From Octopus sinensis (lineage: Eukaryota), in NCBI RefSeq assembly GCF_006345805.1, contig NC_043010.1, forward strand, positions 25,482,001 to 25,546,000: a stretch of 64,000 nt of DNA, read 5' to 3'. A model generated the notes under the pieces. It was given only the letters and a program-made list of their open reading frames with translations, did not search any database and was not told where the DNA came from. Positions 25,703 to 37,620 of the stretch are shown here, in pieces. Positions within the stretch are counted from its first letter, which is position 1. Each line of letters begins with the position of its first letter. A program made the translations under genes and the position numbers.

Positions 25703-25857
25703 GGTGTGTGGTAAGTACTTTGCTTACCAGCCACATGATTCCAGGTTCAGTCCCACTGTGTGGCACCTTGGGCAAGTATCTTCTACTATAACTTCGGGCC
25801 AACCAAAGTCTTGTGAGTGGATTTGGTAGATGGAAAGTGAAAGAAGCCCATCATATA

Positions 25858-25918
<61 letters not shown>

Positions 25919-26125
25919 ATATGTTTGTGTGTCTGTGTTTGTTCCCCCACCATCACTTGGCGACCGATGCTGGTGTGTTTACGTGCCTGTAACTTAGCAG
26001 TTTGGCAAAAGTGACCGACAGAAAAAGTACTAGGCTTACAGAGAATACGTCCTGGCGTCGATTTGCTCGACTAAAGGCAGTGCTCCAGCATGGCTACAGT
26101 GAAATGACTGAAACAAATAAAAGAA
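25703..26125 (+). mobile_element. tRNA-derived SINE, family A (internal TA/TG microsatellite)
   Basis: Head ..GTGTGGTAAG..GGTTCAGTCCCACTG, body ..GAAAGAAGCCC-(TA)n(TG)n-..., tail ..TGACTGAAACAA.TAAAAGA. Many copies in the window. Confidence 0.85.
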
Positions 26126-26128
26126 TAT

Positions 26129-26507
26129 ATATAAAAGAAGAAAAAGAAAATGGAGATTGGGAAGTTAATAATTGTTTATTATTAACAGCAAATTAATCAT
26201 CAAACCCTACAGCTGTTTCAATTAATACTCAGGAAATATTAAATTTATATGACCTGAGCATAATATCGTCAGAGAGAAAGAGATACCCTTGAGTATTTAT
26301 GTGTTTATGGATTCATTATAGGAATCCATAAACACATAAATACTCAAGGGTATCTCTTCCTCTCTGACGATATTATGCTTAGGTCATATAAATTTAATAT
26401 TTACTGAGTATTAATTGAAACAGCTGTAAGGGATGATGATTAATTTGCTGTTAATAATAAACAATTATTAACTTCCCAATCTTCATTTTCTTTTTCTTCT
26501 TTTATAT
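26129..26507. repeat. Near-perfect 379-bp palindrome with a hammerhead-like motif in each arm
   Basis: Arms pair almost throughout around a loop of 7 nt or less centred at 26318. CTGACGA...GAAAC-AGCT-GTA occurs on + in the right arm and on - in the left arm. Confidence 0.92.
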
Positions 26508-27744
26508 GAATATAAACTACATGCTTATATATACCTATTATTTTAAGGAAATTAGTTCCCCCCAAATATTGAACCAGTATTTCTTTGAATGAAACCATCC
26601 CTTCACGAGGTTAACATAACCTTTAATCGAATATATATGAACTTAATGAATACTGTGCTCAGTTATACTTCAACTTTAGGGCCACCTGCCTGCCTTTTTT
26701 TAATTCTACTCTTCAAGAAGTAGTTACAAGTTTACAATCTAGTTCTCTCCACTTCTTTCCTAAAGAAAGACCTCCAACTCCAGAACATCAGAACCCAACT
26801 CTCCTTAGTGCACTTAAAATTGTTTTAGCTTACAAATTTTAATAATTTGCCTTTTAGCAGATGCAGAACATTTCATAACAGCCTGCTGTGGCCCTTATTT
26901 GTAGTTAATGCCTTCTTGGATGGTTTAAGGACCACATCTCACTCAAATGCTATTAATTTCCTACAACCCATCAGAAAAGGCTAAAGGAGGAAACAGAAAG
27001 CAGCGATATAAGCCAAATGAAGAAAGACAATAATGAAAGCCAGAAGCACATGGGATAAAACACAAGACAGAAAAGTGAACAATAAAGGAACCATAATGAA
27101 GGAAGAAGACATCAGCGTGTCAGGCTGGAGAATTGACGAATTTTGAGACGCATAGAATTTTTGAAAGATGCAGTTGAAAGACAGCTACCAAATGACTTGG
27201 GTATTCCACACTCTGACAGTCTGAGCATGGAAAAATGTTTCCATCAATCAAGAGTGCTGTACTGTATTTTGATTTTATAAGTGTGTCCGCGAGTGTTGAG
27301 ATATGCATTGAATTTAAAAAGTAGGGCTATAGTTGGAAAAATGGTGGATAATGTTAGTATAGAAATTCTAATATTTCAGCCTTTGATCATATTAATGGAA
27401 ACCTTATCGTAGCAGTATGGTTAAGAAGTTCAGACTCTAACCATATGGTGTCGTGTTCTTTCCTTCTATACGGTACATTGGACGATTGTCTTTTACCATG
27501 GCCTCCGGTTGGTAAATGCTTTGCGCTTAAATTTGGCTGAAGGTAATTGTTGAAATTCATTGAATATTTTGTTGGTGAATTACCGATGTAAAGGGAGGTA
27601 ACTCTCTAACAGGATGTAACCATTTCACAGAATGAGTATCAGGCAAACACTGAGATCGATGTGTTTGACAAAAACTAATGATGCTGCCCCAGTATTGCCG
27701 CAGAGCAGTGCCTGAAAGCAGTAACAGAAATGTATTACTTCAGA

Positions 27745-28680
27745 TCCTGTACACTATAGATCTCTATTGCAATCAGACCTGGAAACAATGCAGCAGTGGA
27801 TCATGGACTGGCAACTCAAGCTGGCTATGGACAAATGTACCACCATGCATTTTGGGAGGAAAAACCCAGCGTCTACCTACTCCCTCCACAACACTAATCT
27901 CAAAAAGTCTTCGTATGAACGTGACCTGGGTGTTATTGTCGACGGTGATTTGCATTGGACAAAACACATCGCTAAAATTGCCAAGAAGGCTGAGGGTGTC
28001 TTGGCATCACTCACCAAGTCCTTTGTGAGCTGCTCTCTGGCTATCTATCTGCGGCTTTATATAGCTATGGTAAGACTTCACCTGGAATTTGCATCACCAG
28101 TCTGGAACCCCTATCTTGCCCAGGATATTAATTGTCTGGAAGCCGTTCAGCGACGTGCGACCAAAAGAATACCCTCCATCAGGCATTTGCCATATTCTGA
28201 ACGCCTTACTTCCCTGGGCATGGACACATTGAAACTCCGACGTCTGGCAGCTGACTTGGCAGACACCCATAAAATGATTAACCATCTTACAAACAATAAC
28301 TCTGAGCACCTTTTCAAACTCCACCTGTCTAACACCCGTGGACATATTTACAAAGTCAGAAAACAGCACACCTCCCATGACTTTCGGAAACATTTTTTCA
28401 CGCTGAGTGTTGCTGAAGCATGGAACAAACTGCTGGCATCAGTTGTTAGTTGTCGGAGCACTGCATCCTTCAAAACTTCCATGCTTTCTGAGATTCGCCA
28501 ACACTACACCTGATTTTCTCCCCTCCATACACACGCAAGCATGTATCTGACTCATACACTGTTCGCTTTCCAGACATTTGTACATTACTGCATATACTTT
28601 ATACGCACTTTTTGACAAGTTGTGGTGCACCTGAGCACTGTATACAATAGTTTCATTATTATCATTATTACTATTATTCA
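27745..28680 (+). mobile_element. CR1-clade LINE, 5'-truncated 3' end
   Basis: ORF 27767-28513: LQSDL..W...WQLKL...KC..MHFG, ERDLGVIVD, LEFASPVWNP, LEAVQRRATK, TRGH, FFT...WNKL. 3' UTR ends in (ATT)n. Confidence 0.92.
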
Positions 28681-30978
28681 TATTAGGTGTTGCGAGAGAA
28701 ATAGTTGACACCAATTCATGCGTTGTGAATTGATGTATTTTGTAATAGAGCTGGGTGTCAATACAATTCTATTATTGTGTATTTGAATCAATGAGAGCAT
28801 TTTTAAATACAACAAAGAATTTTGTAAAATAAATTAGTCGTCATTCAGCTCGTGTTAGGAACATAAATTGTGACTAAAAGGTCTGGTGGAAGATTTTAAT
28901 TCAAAACTTATGAAAGCAAAACATTTGTACTACAGAGTCGGTAACGAAAGGATTAAAAACAACTCTGCAAAATCTCTGGCATTAGGTAATGAATCAAGAT
29001 ACAGTGAGACCACCAGTTGACCTAACTATAGAGCAGTATGTAACATAGCTTTTGATCAGCAGCTTGTTACATATTGTGATTAAAGAAATGCATAGGAAGG
29101 AAGGAGCTTAAGAGCAAGTGTGTGTGTGTTATGCCATGGCAGGTCAAGTCCACCTTAACCACATTCATTGCCATTGGCACACTTCTTAGCTGAAGACAAA
29201 TTTAGATGCAAGTTAAACTAGTTATAGCTAGTTTAACTTCCTCAAATTCTCAGAATATTTCTTCTTTCATTAGAGTCTTATTATAATTTATATTCAAGCA
29301 ATGATTTAATCCAATTAAGATAATCAACAACAATTAAAATTAAGAAATTAGACCAAATTATTTAAAAAAAAAATATGGTCAATATTTACACAAGTTCTTC
29401 AACTTTGTTATTAGTCATGTTCTAAATATAGATTTCTGATTAGGTACAAGCATAGCTGTGTAGCTGAAAAGTTCATTTCTGAAGCCATGTGGGTGGACTT
29501 GGGAGATTGAAGTTCACAGTATATATATATATATTGTGTGTGTGTGTCTCTAGAGTGAACACACACACACACACACATGTACATGTGTCCCCTTGCCTTG
29601 ACATTGCACAATAGCTGTAAACAAGCATCAATGTCATACAAGCGGTGGCATTTGTTTCAGATTTTCCATGAAAATGTATTATAGCCACAGGGAAATATTG
29701 GCATGCTTGGAAACGAGGAGAAGGTTGGCAGGAGTAAGATATTGACCTGTAGAAAATCTGCATTGATGAAATTCATGCAACCCACGAGAGCATGGACAGG
29801 TGGACGCTAAACATTGATGACAATTAGATTTTCTGTTATTGTACTCCATCTGTTGTTGCTTACGATGACCAAAGACATGACATGAGAGAGAAAGATGGGG
29901 CATGGCTTGTCCAGCTGTGGCCAATCAGTCTGATGCGTGGTCAGAAGGCTCTATTTTCCCTCCTCTGGCTAAGTCATGCTAAAAAAAAAAAATTAACAAA
30001 AAGAAAAGAAATATAAAAAGAATTCCATTGTCTCAAACCGGTCCTGGAGACAGGCAATAAAGCTCCAAAATGCCAGCAGAATTGTTAGCACATCTGGAAT
30101 TTCCTCTGGCTTTTTACATTCTGAGTTCAAATCCCACCAAGGATAACTTTACTTTTCATCCGTTTTGGGTAGATAAAATACCAGTCAAATACTTGTGTCA
30201 ATGTAAATAATTCACCCCTCCCTCAAAATTACTGACTTAGTACGAAAAATAAAGAGAATAGGCATAGGAGTGGCTGTGTGGTAAGTAGCCTGCTTACATT
30301 TGTCGTAGAGGGATGTCTTCTTTTGGCGGTGAGTCAAACGTTTTGTTGCATGTGGATAACTTTTTCTATTGGAATTGTTGTCTATTGTTGAATATTTTCG
30401 AAATTTTAAACATTGTTGAACTTTAAAATTTTTGTGCTTTTTCCTGGTGACAGGAGAAAGTAATTGTTGAAATATTGAAATTATTAATATTGAACTTATT
30501 AATATTATTAATATTAAACTTATGAAAGCCGTTGTAGGCTTTATTGTTGTGCTCCCCTCCCCCACCACCAGTGGGGGTGGCATTTGAATTGTTATTCTCA
30601 TTAAGAGGGAAAAAAATTATAGGTTACCCATTTTTTTGGATAGACAATTTATTATTGCTGAAAAAAATTAAATTTTAGCCATTGTAGGCTCTATTATGGC
30701 ATCTGCCACAAGCGTGGGCGAGATTTGAACTATTGTCCTCGTTGTGAGGAAAAAAATATTATAGGCTTTCCGTTTTTTGGGATTCTAGATTATATTATTG
30801 TGTGAAAAAAAAAAAAAATTAATTTCGAACGTTGCAGGCTTTGTTGCTATGTCTCACCCCCCAGCAGGGGTGGGATTTGAATTGTTGTCCTCGTTAAAAG
30901 GAAGAAAAAAAAAAAGAAAAAAATTATAGGTTTCCCTTTTTCTGGGATTAAATTGTGTTTCATTTATTTCGATCGAAT

Positions 30979-32357
30979 ATGTCGGTTGAAATAATTCAAG
31001 AAAAGAACCAGCTGCATGAGCCAGCAGAAAAGTTTGCAGCAGTAGCCGCTGTGTTTTCAAAAAGTATTACAACTGAAACGGAGAAGCTCTCCGAGCTTTT
31101 TGAGAGAATGAAAGAGGAGGGTGGGGATATAAAGATCTCACCCTCCCCTAGTGTTGAAAATCTGAAGAGAAGGACACTCGTTTACAAAACGTACTGTCCA
31201 TCATCGAAGAAATTCAAGCACTTCGAAAAGTGCAAAATAGAAAAATGCCTGGCCCCTATATGGAAAGATATAAAATACATAGCAAGGGGCCGGGCATATG
31301 GAACAATTGAGGCCAGATTCGAGATGGCTGAAAAAGCCCAAGAGCACTCAGTGAGTCCTCTAAAAACGAAGGAGGGGGTGCTGCTCCCAACATACAGGGG
31401 AAGGAGAACAGCACGCATCCGAATAAACGATGTACCACCAGAAATTGAGGCAAGTGAGGTGATGGCCACCTTGTTGTATAACAGGATGGACAAAATCCCC
31501 TTCCTCCAAATTACATGCACTGACCAACAAAATTGGCAAGGGCAGAGCATCTCTGCGATTATTCAAGGAATGCAACAAGACATTGAGATGTTGCCAGAAA
31601 GAGTGCTCCTGGGGGAAGATATTGCCCTCAAGATTCAAGTAGAGGGCAAAAAAGCCCATGTGTTTCGAATGTGGCAAAAAAGGCCACATTCGTGTAGACT
31701 GTGAAATATGGAAAAAAAAAGAAAATAAGTGCGCAGACATCAGGCCCTTCAACTACAGAACAAGACCCCAAACCCGCACACAAAATAGTCCCCACAGAAA
31801 CAAATACCCCCACCCCACCATCTGTGGCACGCGCTCCCAAACAAAACACTCAAAAACCCCAGGCCATGCACACACCGGTCCCGACAGAAACAAATACACC
31901 CACCCCCTCTGAAGTAGCAACTCCTCTGGAGGACACCATGGATGTGACCGAGGGGGAGTTCAAGACACCTAGAAAAAAGTGAACACTTGCACCTTCCCCA
32001 TCCATATCCCCCACAAAGTAAAAAGAAGAAAAACAGCACACCACAGAGAAAAAAGATACCGCTCCACTGTCCCAGAAGAAAAAATAAAAAAGAACAAAGA
32101 CGAAACAAAGTTTGATACCAGGGATAAATATATTACAGACATTTTAAAAAAGCACCACAAGGCACGGAAGAGAGATGTGTGTGGATATTGGAAAACTGTA
32201 TAAAGAAATGAAGGGTAGGCATCCGAGAACCATCACGAACATCCCGGACCTTCCATGGTATTTGAAGGAGTTTTTGAAGGAGCAGAAGGAAAGGACTGCC
32301 TCACGTGTGGTGAGGCCAGCCCCAGCATCACCAATAAAGGAAAAAAACAAAGAGTAA
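30979..32357 (+). pseudogene. Tx1-like ORF1 (gag-like), frameshifted
   Basis: ATG at 30979 (MSVEIIQEK). CCHC knuckle CFECGKKGHIRVDC after a frameshift near 31650, then Pro/Thr-rich repeats (PTETNTPTP twice) and a basic tail. Confidence 0.8.
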
Positions 32358-32386
32358 GTAGAACCCTTGCTTTTCTTTTGCTTTAA

Positions 32387-35300
32387 ATGACTGCACTTAA
32401 CCTTGGGTGTTTGAATGTGCGTGGTCTGAGCTCGAAGTGGAAGCAAGCTTGTTTCCTCGACGACCTCAGATCACACGATATGCATGTGATAGTTGCTACA
32501 GAGACCAAGCTGGACAGTCTACAAGCCTTCTCGCCCCTCCTGAATGACTATGAGAAAATCATGTCTCCTAGCTGGACCGGAGGGTGAGGGGGTGTAGTAG
32601 TACTGGTTCGAAAAGGCTTGGCTCTGCAGACAAGTACAGTCTATATAGACCCAGAAGGTGGGCTGGTCGTCCTTGACGTGACATACAGCAGTAAGGCCTT
32701 CAGGTTGATCGGGATTTCAAACTGATTTTTATCGGTGCCTAGAGAACTTTCTCGTGACGTCGAAGACATTAGTGGTGTTAGGTGACTATAACGCTATTGT
32801 TGATGTGTGCATCAATAGCATTGGCTCAATCTATAGGAAAGTAAACTCATGTCTCGTGGATCTACTCAGACTTGACCATCTGAACGTCCCAGAGTGGACC
32901 TGGATGAGTGCCGACGGAAGGCTCAAGTTCTATTTAGATAAGAACTGGAGATAAGTCTAGTTTTAGCTGTCCACAGCTTGTCCAAGTAGCATACACTGAC
33001 CATAGTATGGTTAAGTGTAGACTGGACATAGATAGTACAGTTAAGAGAGGATCTGGCTACTGGAAGCTGAACAAGTCTATTTTGACTTGTGAGGCATACC
33101 GTAGCTGGTTTGAGGAATTAGTATAGAGGGCGTTAACCGGCGTGGCGGTTAATAACCGATGGTGGTTCGCCCTGAAGAGAGCCATTCGTTTTGAGTCTAT
33201 TAAATTTAGCCATCAGCTAAGACTAGATAAGGCCAGAGTAGAAGGACAACTAGTTAAGGACCTAGAGGAGGTGTTGCGGTTGGGCTCTGCATCTCACATT
33301 TTGGCAGCGAGAACGGCCTTGGACCATCACCTCAAAGCCAAACATGAAGGGTTGCAGAGTTCAGGCTAAAGTGCGCGCATTGGGCCATGAGGGAATTAAT
33401 GTTGTGATTCACAAGCACTTTGCCAAGTTGTTTGGGAGTGGCAGGGCACTGGATCATGGTGAGGCCCTTAGGGACTTCCTGTCTGGTGGCCCGCGTCTCT
33501 TGGCATAAGAGGCTGAGTGCTGTGAAGGACCAATCACGGCCGCAGAGGTAATCGAGGTACTGGGCGAATGCCCCGGGGAGAAGTCACTGGGTCTCGATGG
33601 TCTGCCTTATGAATTCTACAAAACTATGCCAGACTTGTCCGGGCACCTGCTGGCCAGCGTCTACGCCAACTGGCAGCAGAATGGGAGAATTCCCATGTCT
33701 GCGAGCCAGGGGATGGTGACGTTGATCAGGAAGGACCCGAGCAAGGGGGATGAGATAGGGAACTTCAGGCCCATAAGTCTGCTGAGCACAGAGTTAAAGA
33801 TTTTGGCCAAGGTGCTAGCGTAAAGGTTGGCAAGGGTCGTCAACAAACTTGTCGGGGAAGCGCAAATGTGTGCTATCCTGGGCAGGACGATTCACGACAA
33901 TCTCCACTTTATACGCTACTCCTTAGAGAGGGTGGGGAAGCTTTCTGGTGCAGGGGGGGGGGCACTGGTACATTTAGAGCAGTCTAAGGCTTTCGATAGG
34001 GTCGACCATTGGTACTTGGCGGCGGTCTTCGAGAAGGCTGGCCTGGGCCCGACCTTCTGTGGTTGGATTGCTGTGTTGTACAGCGACATTGAGTCCGTTG
34101 TAAAAGTAAATGGTTTCTTTTCAGGATCGAACGATCAGTGCATCAGGGGTGTCCCCTGTCCCCGCTTTTGTATGTACTGGCTCTCGAGCCATTATTGCGA
34201 AAGTTGGAGGCACTAGGGGGTGCACCGCATGATCTATGGTGTGGAAGAGGAGCTACGGCGTATGCGGACGACATCTCCATCATCGTGACGGATAAGGGCC
34301 AGCTTCCAGTAGTAGAAGAGGCTATCAAATGTTACGAGGCGGTGGCAGGAGCAAAGGTTAACAAGGACAAGTCAATTGGTTTGCAGCTCGGCACCTGGAG
34401 GGGCAAGCCGATGCTGTCCAATAACGTCGTGGGGTGTTGGACAGAAGGTCCTGTTAAGCTGCTCGGAGTCTGGTTCGGGCCAGACCTCCAGATAGAGAAA
34501 AATTGGAGTGCGGTGGCCAGTAAGGTGACTGCTCTAACCCAGACCTGGTCTGGGTGGGCGTTATCCTTGCTAGGAAAGGCGGAGGTGGTGCAGTTGTTTA
34601 TAGCATCGGTTATCACCTACCGTCTGACCGTGGTGCCTTGCCCTGATTTGTGACAGAACAAGTTGGAGAAAATCCTTTTCCACTTTTTGTGGAAGGGAGG
34701 AAAGCCACTCGGGAATTGCTCTGTCTGCTGCCAGAAACCGCTAAAGGGTGGGCTAGGGATGCCTTGGCTGAGGATGCGAAAATTCGCGTTAAGGTTGAAG
34801 CACCTCTGGCATTACCTGGATGGAGAGCAGGTGTGGTCACCGCACGTTCGGTTCTACCTTCCGCAATTAACGTCCTTAACGGACATTGGTAATTGGATCA
34901 AGCAGAGACCTAGGCTGGGGGACTGACAATTGGAGTGCCGCCAGGCACATCAGCTACTCTCTCGGGTGGGCAATGCCGGCAACAAGAGTTTCACCGCAGA
35001 TTTCTATAGTGGGTTAATGGAGGTTAAGTCCGAAGATGCCTTGGGGGAGACCCTGGTCTATGATGAAAATCAGTTAATCAACCTGTTCTGGAGAACTTTC
35101 GGGCCGGGGTATCTGGACAATTACCAGAAATCTCTGGCTTGGCAGTGCTTCCGTGCGGTGTTACTTGTTTTTGATAAACTGTCAAGGCACGGAAGTGCCG
35201 TCTTGCCAACATGTCCAAGGTGCGGGCAGGACAGGGAAACCGTCTTGCACCCATTTGTGGAGTGTCCGGAATTAACGGGACTGATAGTTTTCGCAGAGCA

Positions 35301-35565
35301 ACTGTTGTCATCGATGGGAAGAGTACAGCTATCAGCTGAATCTATCATTGAGATTGTGCCACCTCCTTCCTTTAACAGGGAAAGGAAGACTTGCTTTTTC
35401 TGCGTAGTAGCCATACTGAAAGAAACAGTATGGAAGACACATCTGAGAGGCATAGTGTCGGGTGGAGAAAAGGTACCTGTCACGAGACAGATTCATGAGA
35501 AGATGGGAGCCTGTGGCGAGGAAGCTGGGAGTGTTTGGCACCAGGTAAGTGGAAGCCAAAAATAG
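32387..35565 (+). pseudogene. Tx1-like ORF2 (APE endonuclease, RT, CCHC), many stops and frameshifts
   Basis: LGCLNVRGL, ATETKL, LGDYNA, YTDH (APE). GSGYWKLN (L1/Tx1 linker). NFRPISLL, SKAFDRVDH, QGCPLSPLL, AYADD (RT). CPRC...ETVLHPFVEC. Confidence 0.92.
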
Positions 35566-36649
35566 GAAAGAAAAAGCAAGGGGTCTACCCTGGTGGTCGG
35601 ATGCCTATCCTTCAGAGAAGCCATTACAAATTTCATTTGTAATGAGCAACGCTTAAGTCAAAAGTTATAAACATATTTATTAAATTATTGTAAATTTTAA
35701 ATTGTAAATATTTAATCTCTACAGCTACTTCACCCTTTTATGTTTGTCTGTTCTTGTTCGTCCCCTCTTTGTAATGCCTTCATGGCAAATATTTATGAAA
35801 TAAAGTAGCTTGCTTACAAACCACATGGTTCCAGGTTCAGTCCCATTGTGTGGCACCTTGGGCAAGTGTCTTCTACTATAGCCTTAGACCAACCAAATCC
35901 TTGTGAGTGGATTTGGTAGACGGAAACTGAAAGAAGCTATCATGTATATGTGTGTGTGTATGTATGTGTGTGTGTGTGTATATGTTTGTGTGTCTGTGTT
36001 TGTCCCCCAACATCGCTTGACAACCAATGCTGGTGTGTTTACATCCCCGTTACTTAGCAGTTCAGTAAAAGAGACCAACAAAATAAGTACTAGGCTTACA
36101 AGGAATAAGTCCTGGCATTGATTTGCTCGACTAAAGGCGGTGCTCCAACATGGCCACAGTCACATGACTGAAACAAGTAAAAGAGTAGAATAACAAACAA
36201 CAATGATACAAAATGTAAAGATTTTTTTTCATAAAAATTTATTTTCACAAAAACTAAAATCTCATTTTGATTTATCAATCCCAAATTCATTATTTATTTA
36301 TTTATTTATTTTCTTTTTGGGTATACCAATAATTTGTAGAAATATATTCAATAAATGTTGTAAATTTTTAAAAAATGGAATTTTTATCTCTAAATAATAT
36401 TAACACAGCTCTCCAAGTAGTCTTTATTTTTCTCTTTATCTGGAAGTATATACATACATACTTACACACACACACACATATATATATGTATGTATATATG
36501 TATGTATATGTATATATATATGCATATGTATATGCATGTATATATGTATGTATATGTATATATATATGCATATGTATATGCATGTATATATATGTATGTA
36601 TGTATATATGTATGTATATATATATATATGCATATGTATATGCATGTAT

Positions 36650-36696
<47 letters not shown>

Positions 36697-37471
36697 CACG
36701 CACACATGCACAAACACACACACACACACTTAAACTGGTAAAAATCTGGCAAAACCTCCCACATTTTACACACCCAAGAATGGTAAATCTGGGAGGGTTC
36801 TTTTTTGTCAAACCCTGCATAAACTTCAAAATTATGTCTGTTTTTTTTTTTACCCCCAACTCCCACCCTCACACTTCCTTATTATGGTCAGTTTTACTCA
36901 AAACAAGTTCCTGAGATCATCCTAAATATATGTGTTAAAGTGATGTGAAAGAAATATTTCCCATTACTAATCATTAAAGAAAGTTACAGATATTCTACAG
37001 AAATTATAGCCAGACTGAGTTTTGTTATAATGTTTCGTAATGCTGGCAATAATTTCTGTAGAATATCAGTAAAAATAATCTTAACAAGAGATGTAATAGC
37101 GCTGCTAACACAGGAGAACATGGCATTGACTTATAAAAACATTTAATATAGTTTATGGCATATTACGGTTGCATAACAATATAGGTCATTAAAGGAAGTG
37201 GTCTGTGATTTTATGAAGACTGTTTGATCGCCAAAGTTTTTGTACATTAGATAGTTTTAAAGCTTCTTCTTCTTCTTCGTCTTTGTCTTCTTCTCCTTTG
37301 TCTTCTTCTTTTTCTTCTTCAAAGATTACTGCTGTTAGTGCAAAACTACAAAACAGATGTGGAATAGTGCAGAAATCTCATCTAATAATAATATGAGAGA
37401 GTGACATTATCATATTTGTGCAGTAATGGTCTCATTATCAATGAAAACACTTGCGTTTTAAAGCACATTTC

Positions 37472-37620
37472 TTATACTCGGATATGCTGAGCAGCTTGAG
37501 CTATTGACTTTGCTTTTTCTACATGGTCAGAACTGTCGCATATCATTTTGCATACATTTCTATCAAAGATACCTTCCTTTTTCGGAAAGCCATTAGTTCC
37601 ATCAGCATATGTTACTAAAC
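37472..37620 (-). CDS. MORN4: MORN4/retinophilin terminal coding exon (GLVTYADGTNGFPKKEGIFD...AQAAQHIRV*)
   Basis: tttttttccag acceptor. Resembles [20 protein letters not shown]...AQSA of MORN4 (recalled). TAA at 37474-37472. Confidence 0.93.

Larger units (their letters stand above)
30299..35802 (+). mobile_element. Near full-length Tx1/L1-clade LINE (about 5.5 kb), decayed, with a 16-bp TSD
   Basis: TSD AAGTAGC(C/T)TGCTTACA at 30283-30298 and 35803-35818. Contains a 5' UTR with monomers, ORF1, ORF2 and an AT-rich 3' UTR ending in AATAAA (35799-35804). Confidence 0.92.
30262..36186 (+). mobile_element. SINE family A copy split by the Tx1 insertion (30262-30298 joined to 35803-36186)
   Basis: The head GGAGTGGCTGTGTGGTAAGTAGCCTGCTTACA stops at 30298 and resumes as AAGTAGCTTGCTTACAAACCACATGGTTCCAGGTTCAGTCCC at 35803. 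Confidence 0.9.

Noticed and set aside
27117-27240. Minus-strand exon candidate
   Set aside because: It aligns by eye to the CR1 ORF 3' end at 28385-28513, so it is a decayed LINE fragment.
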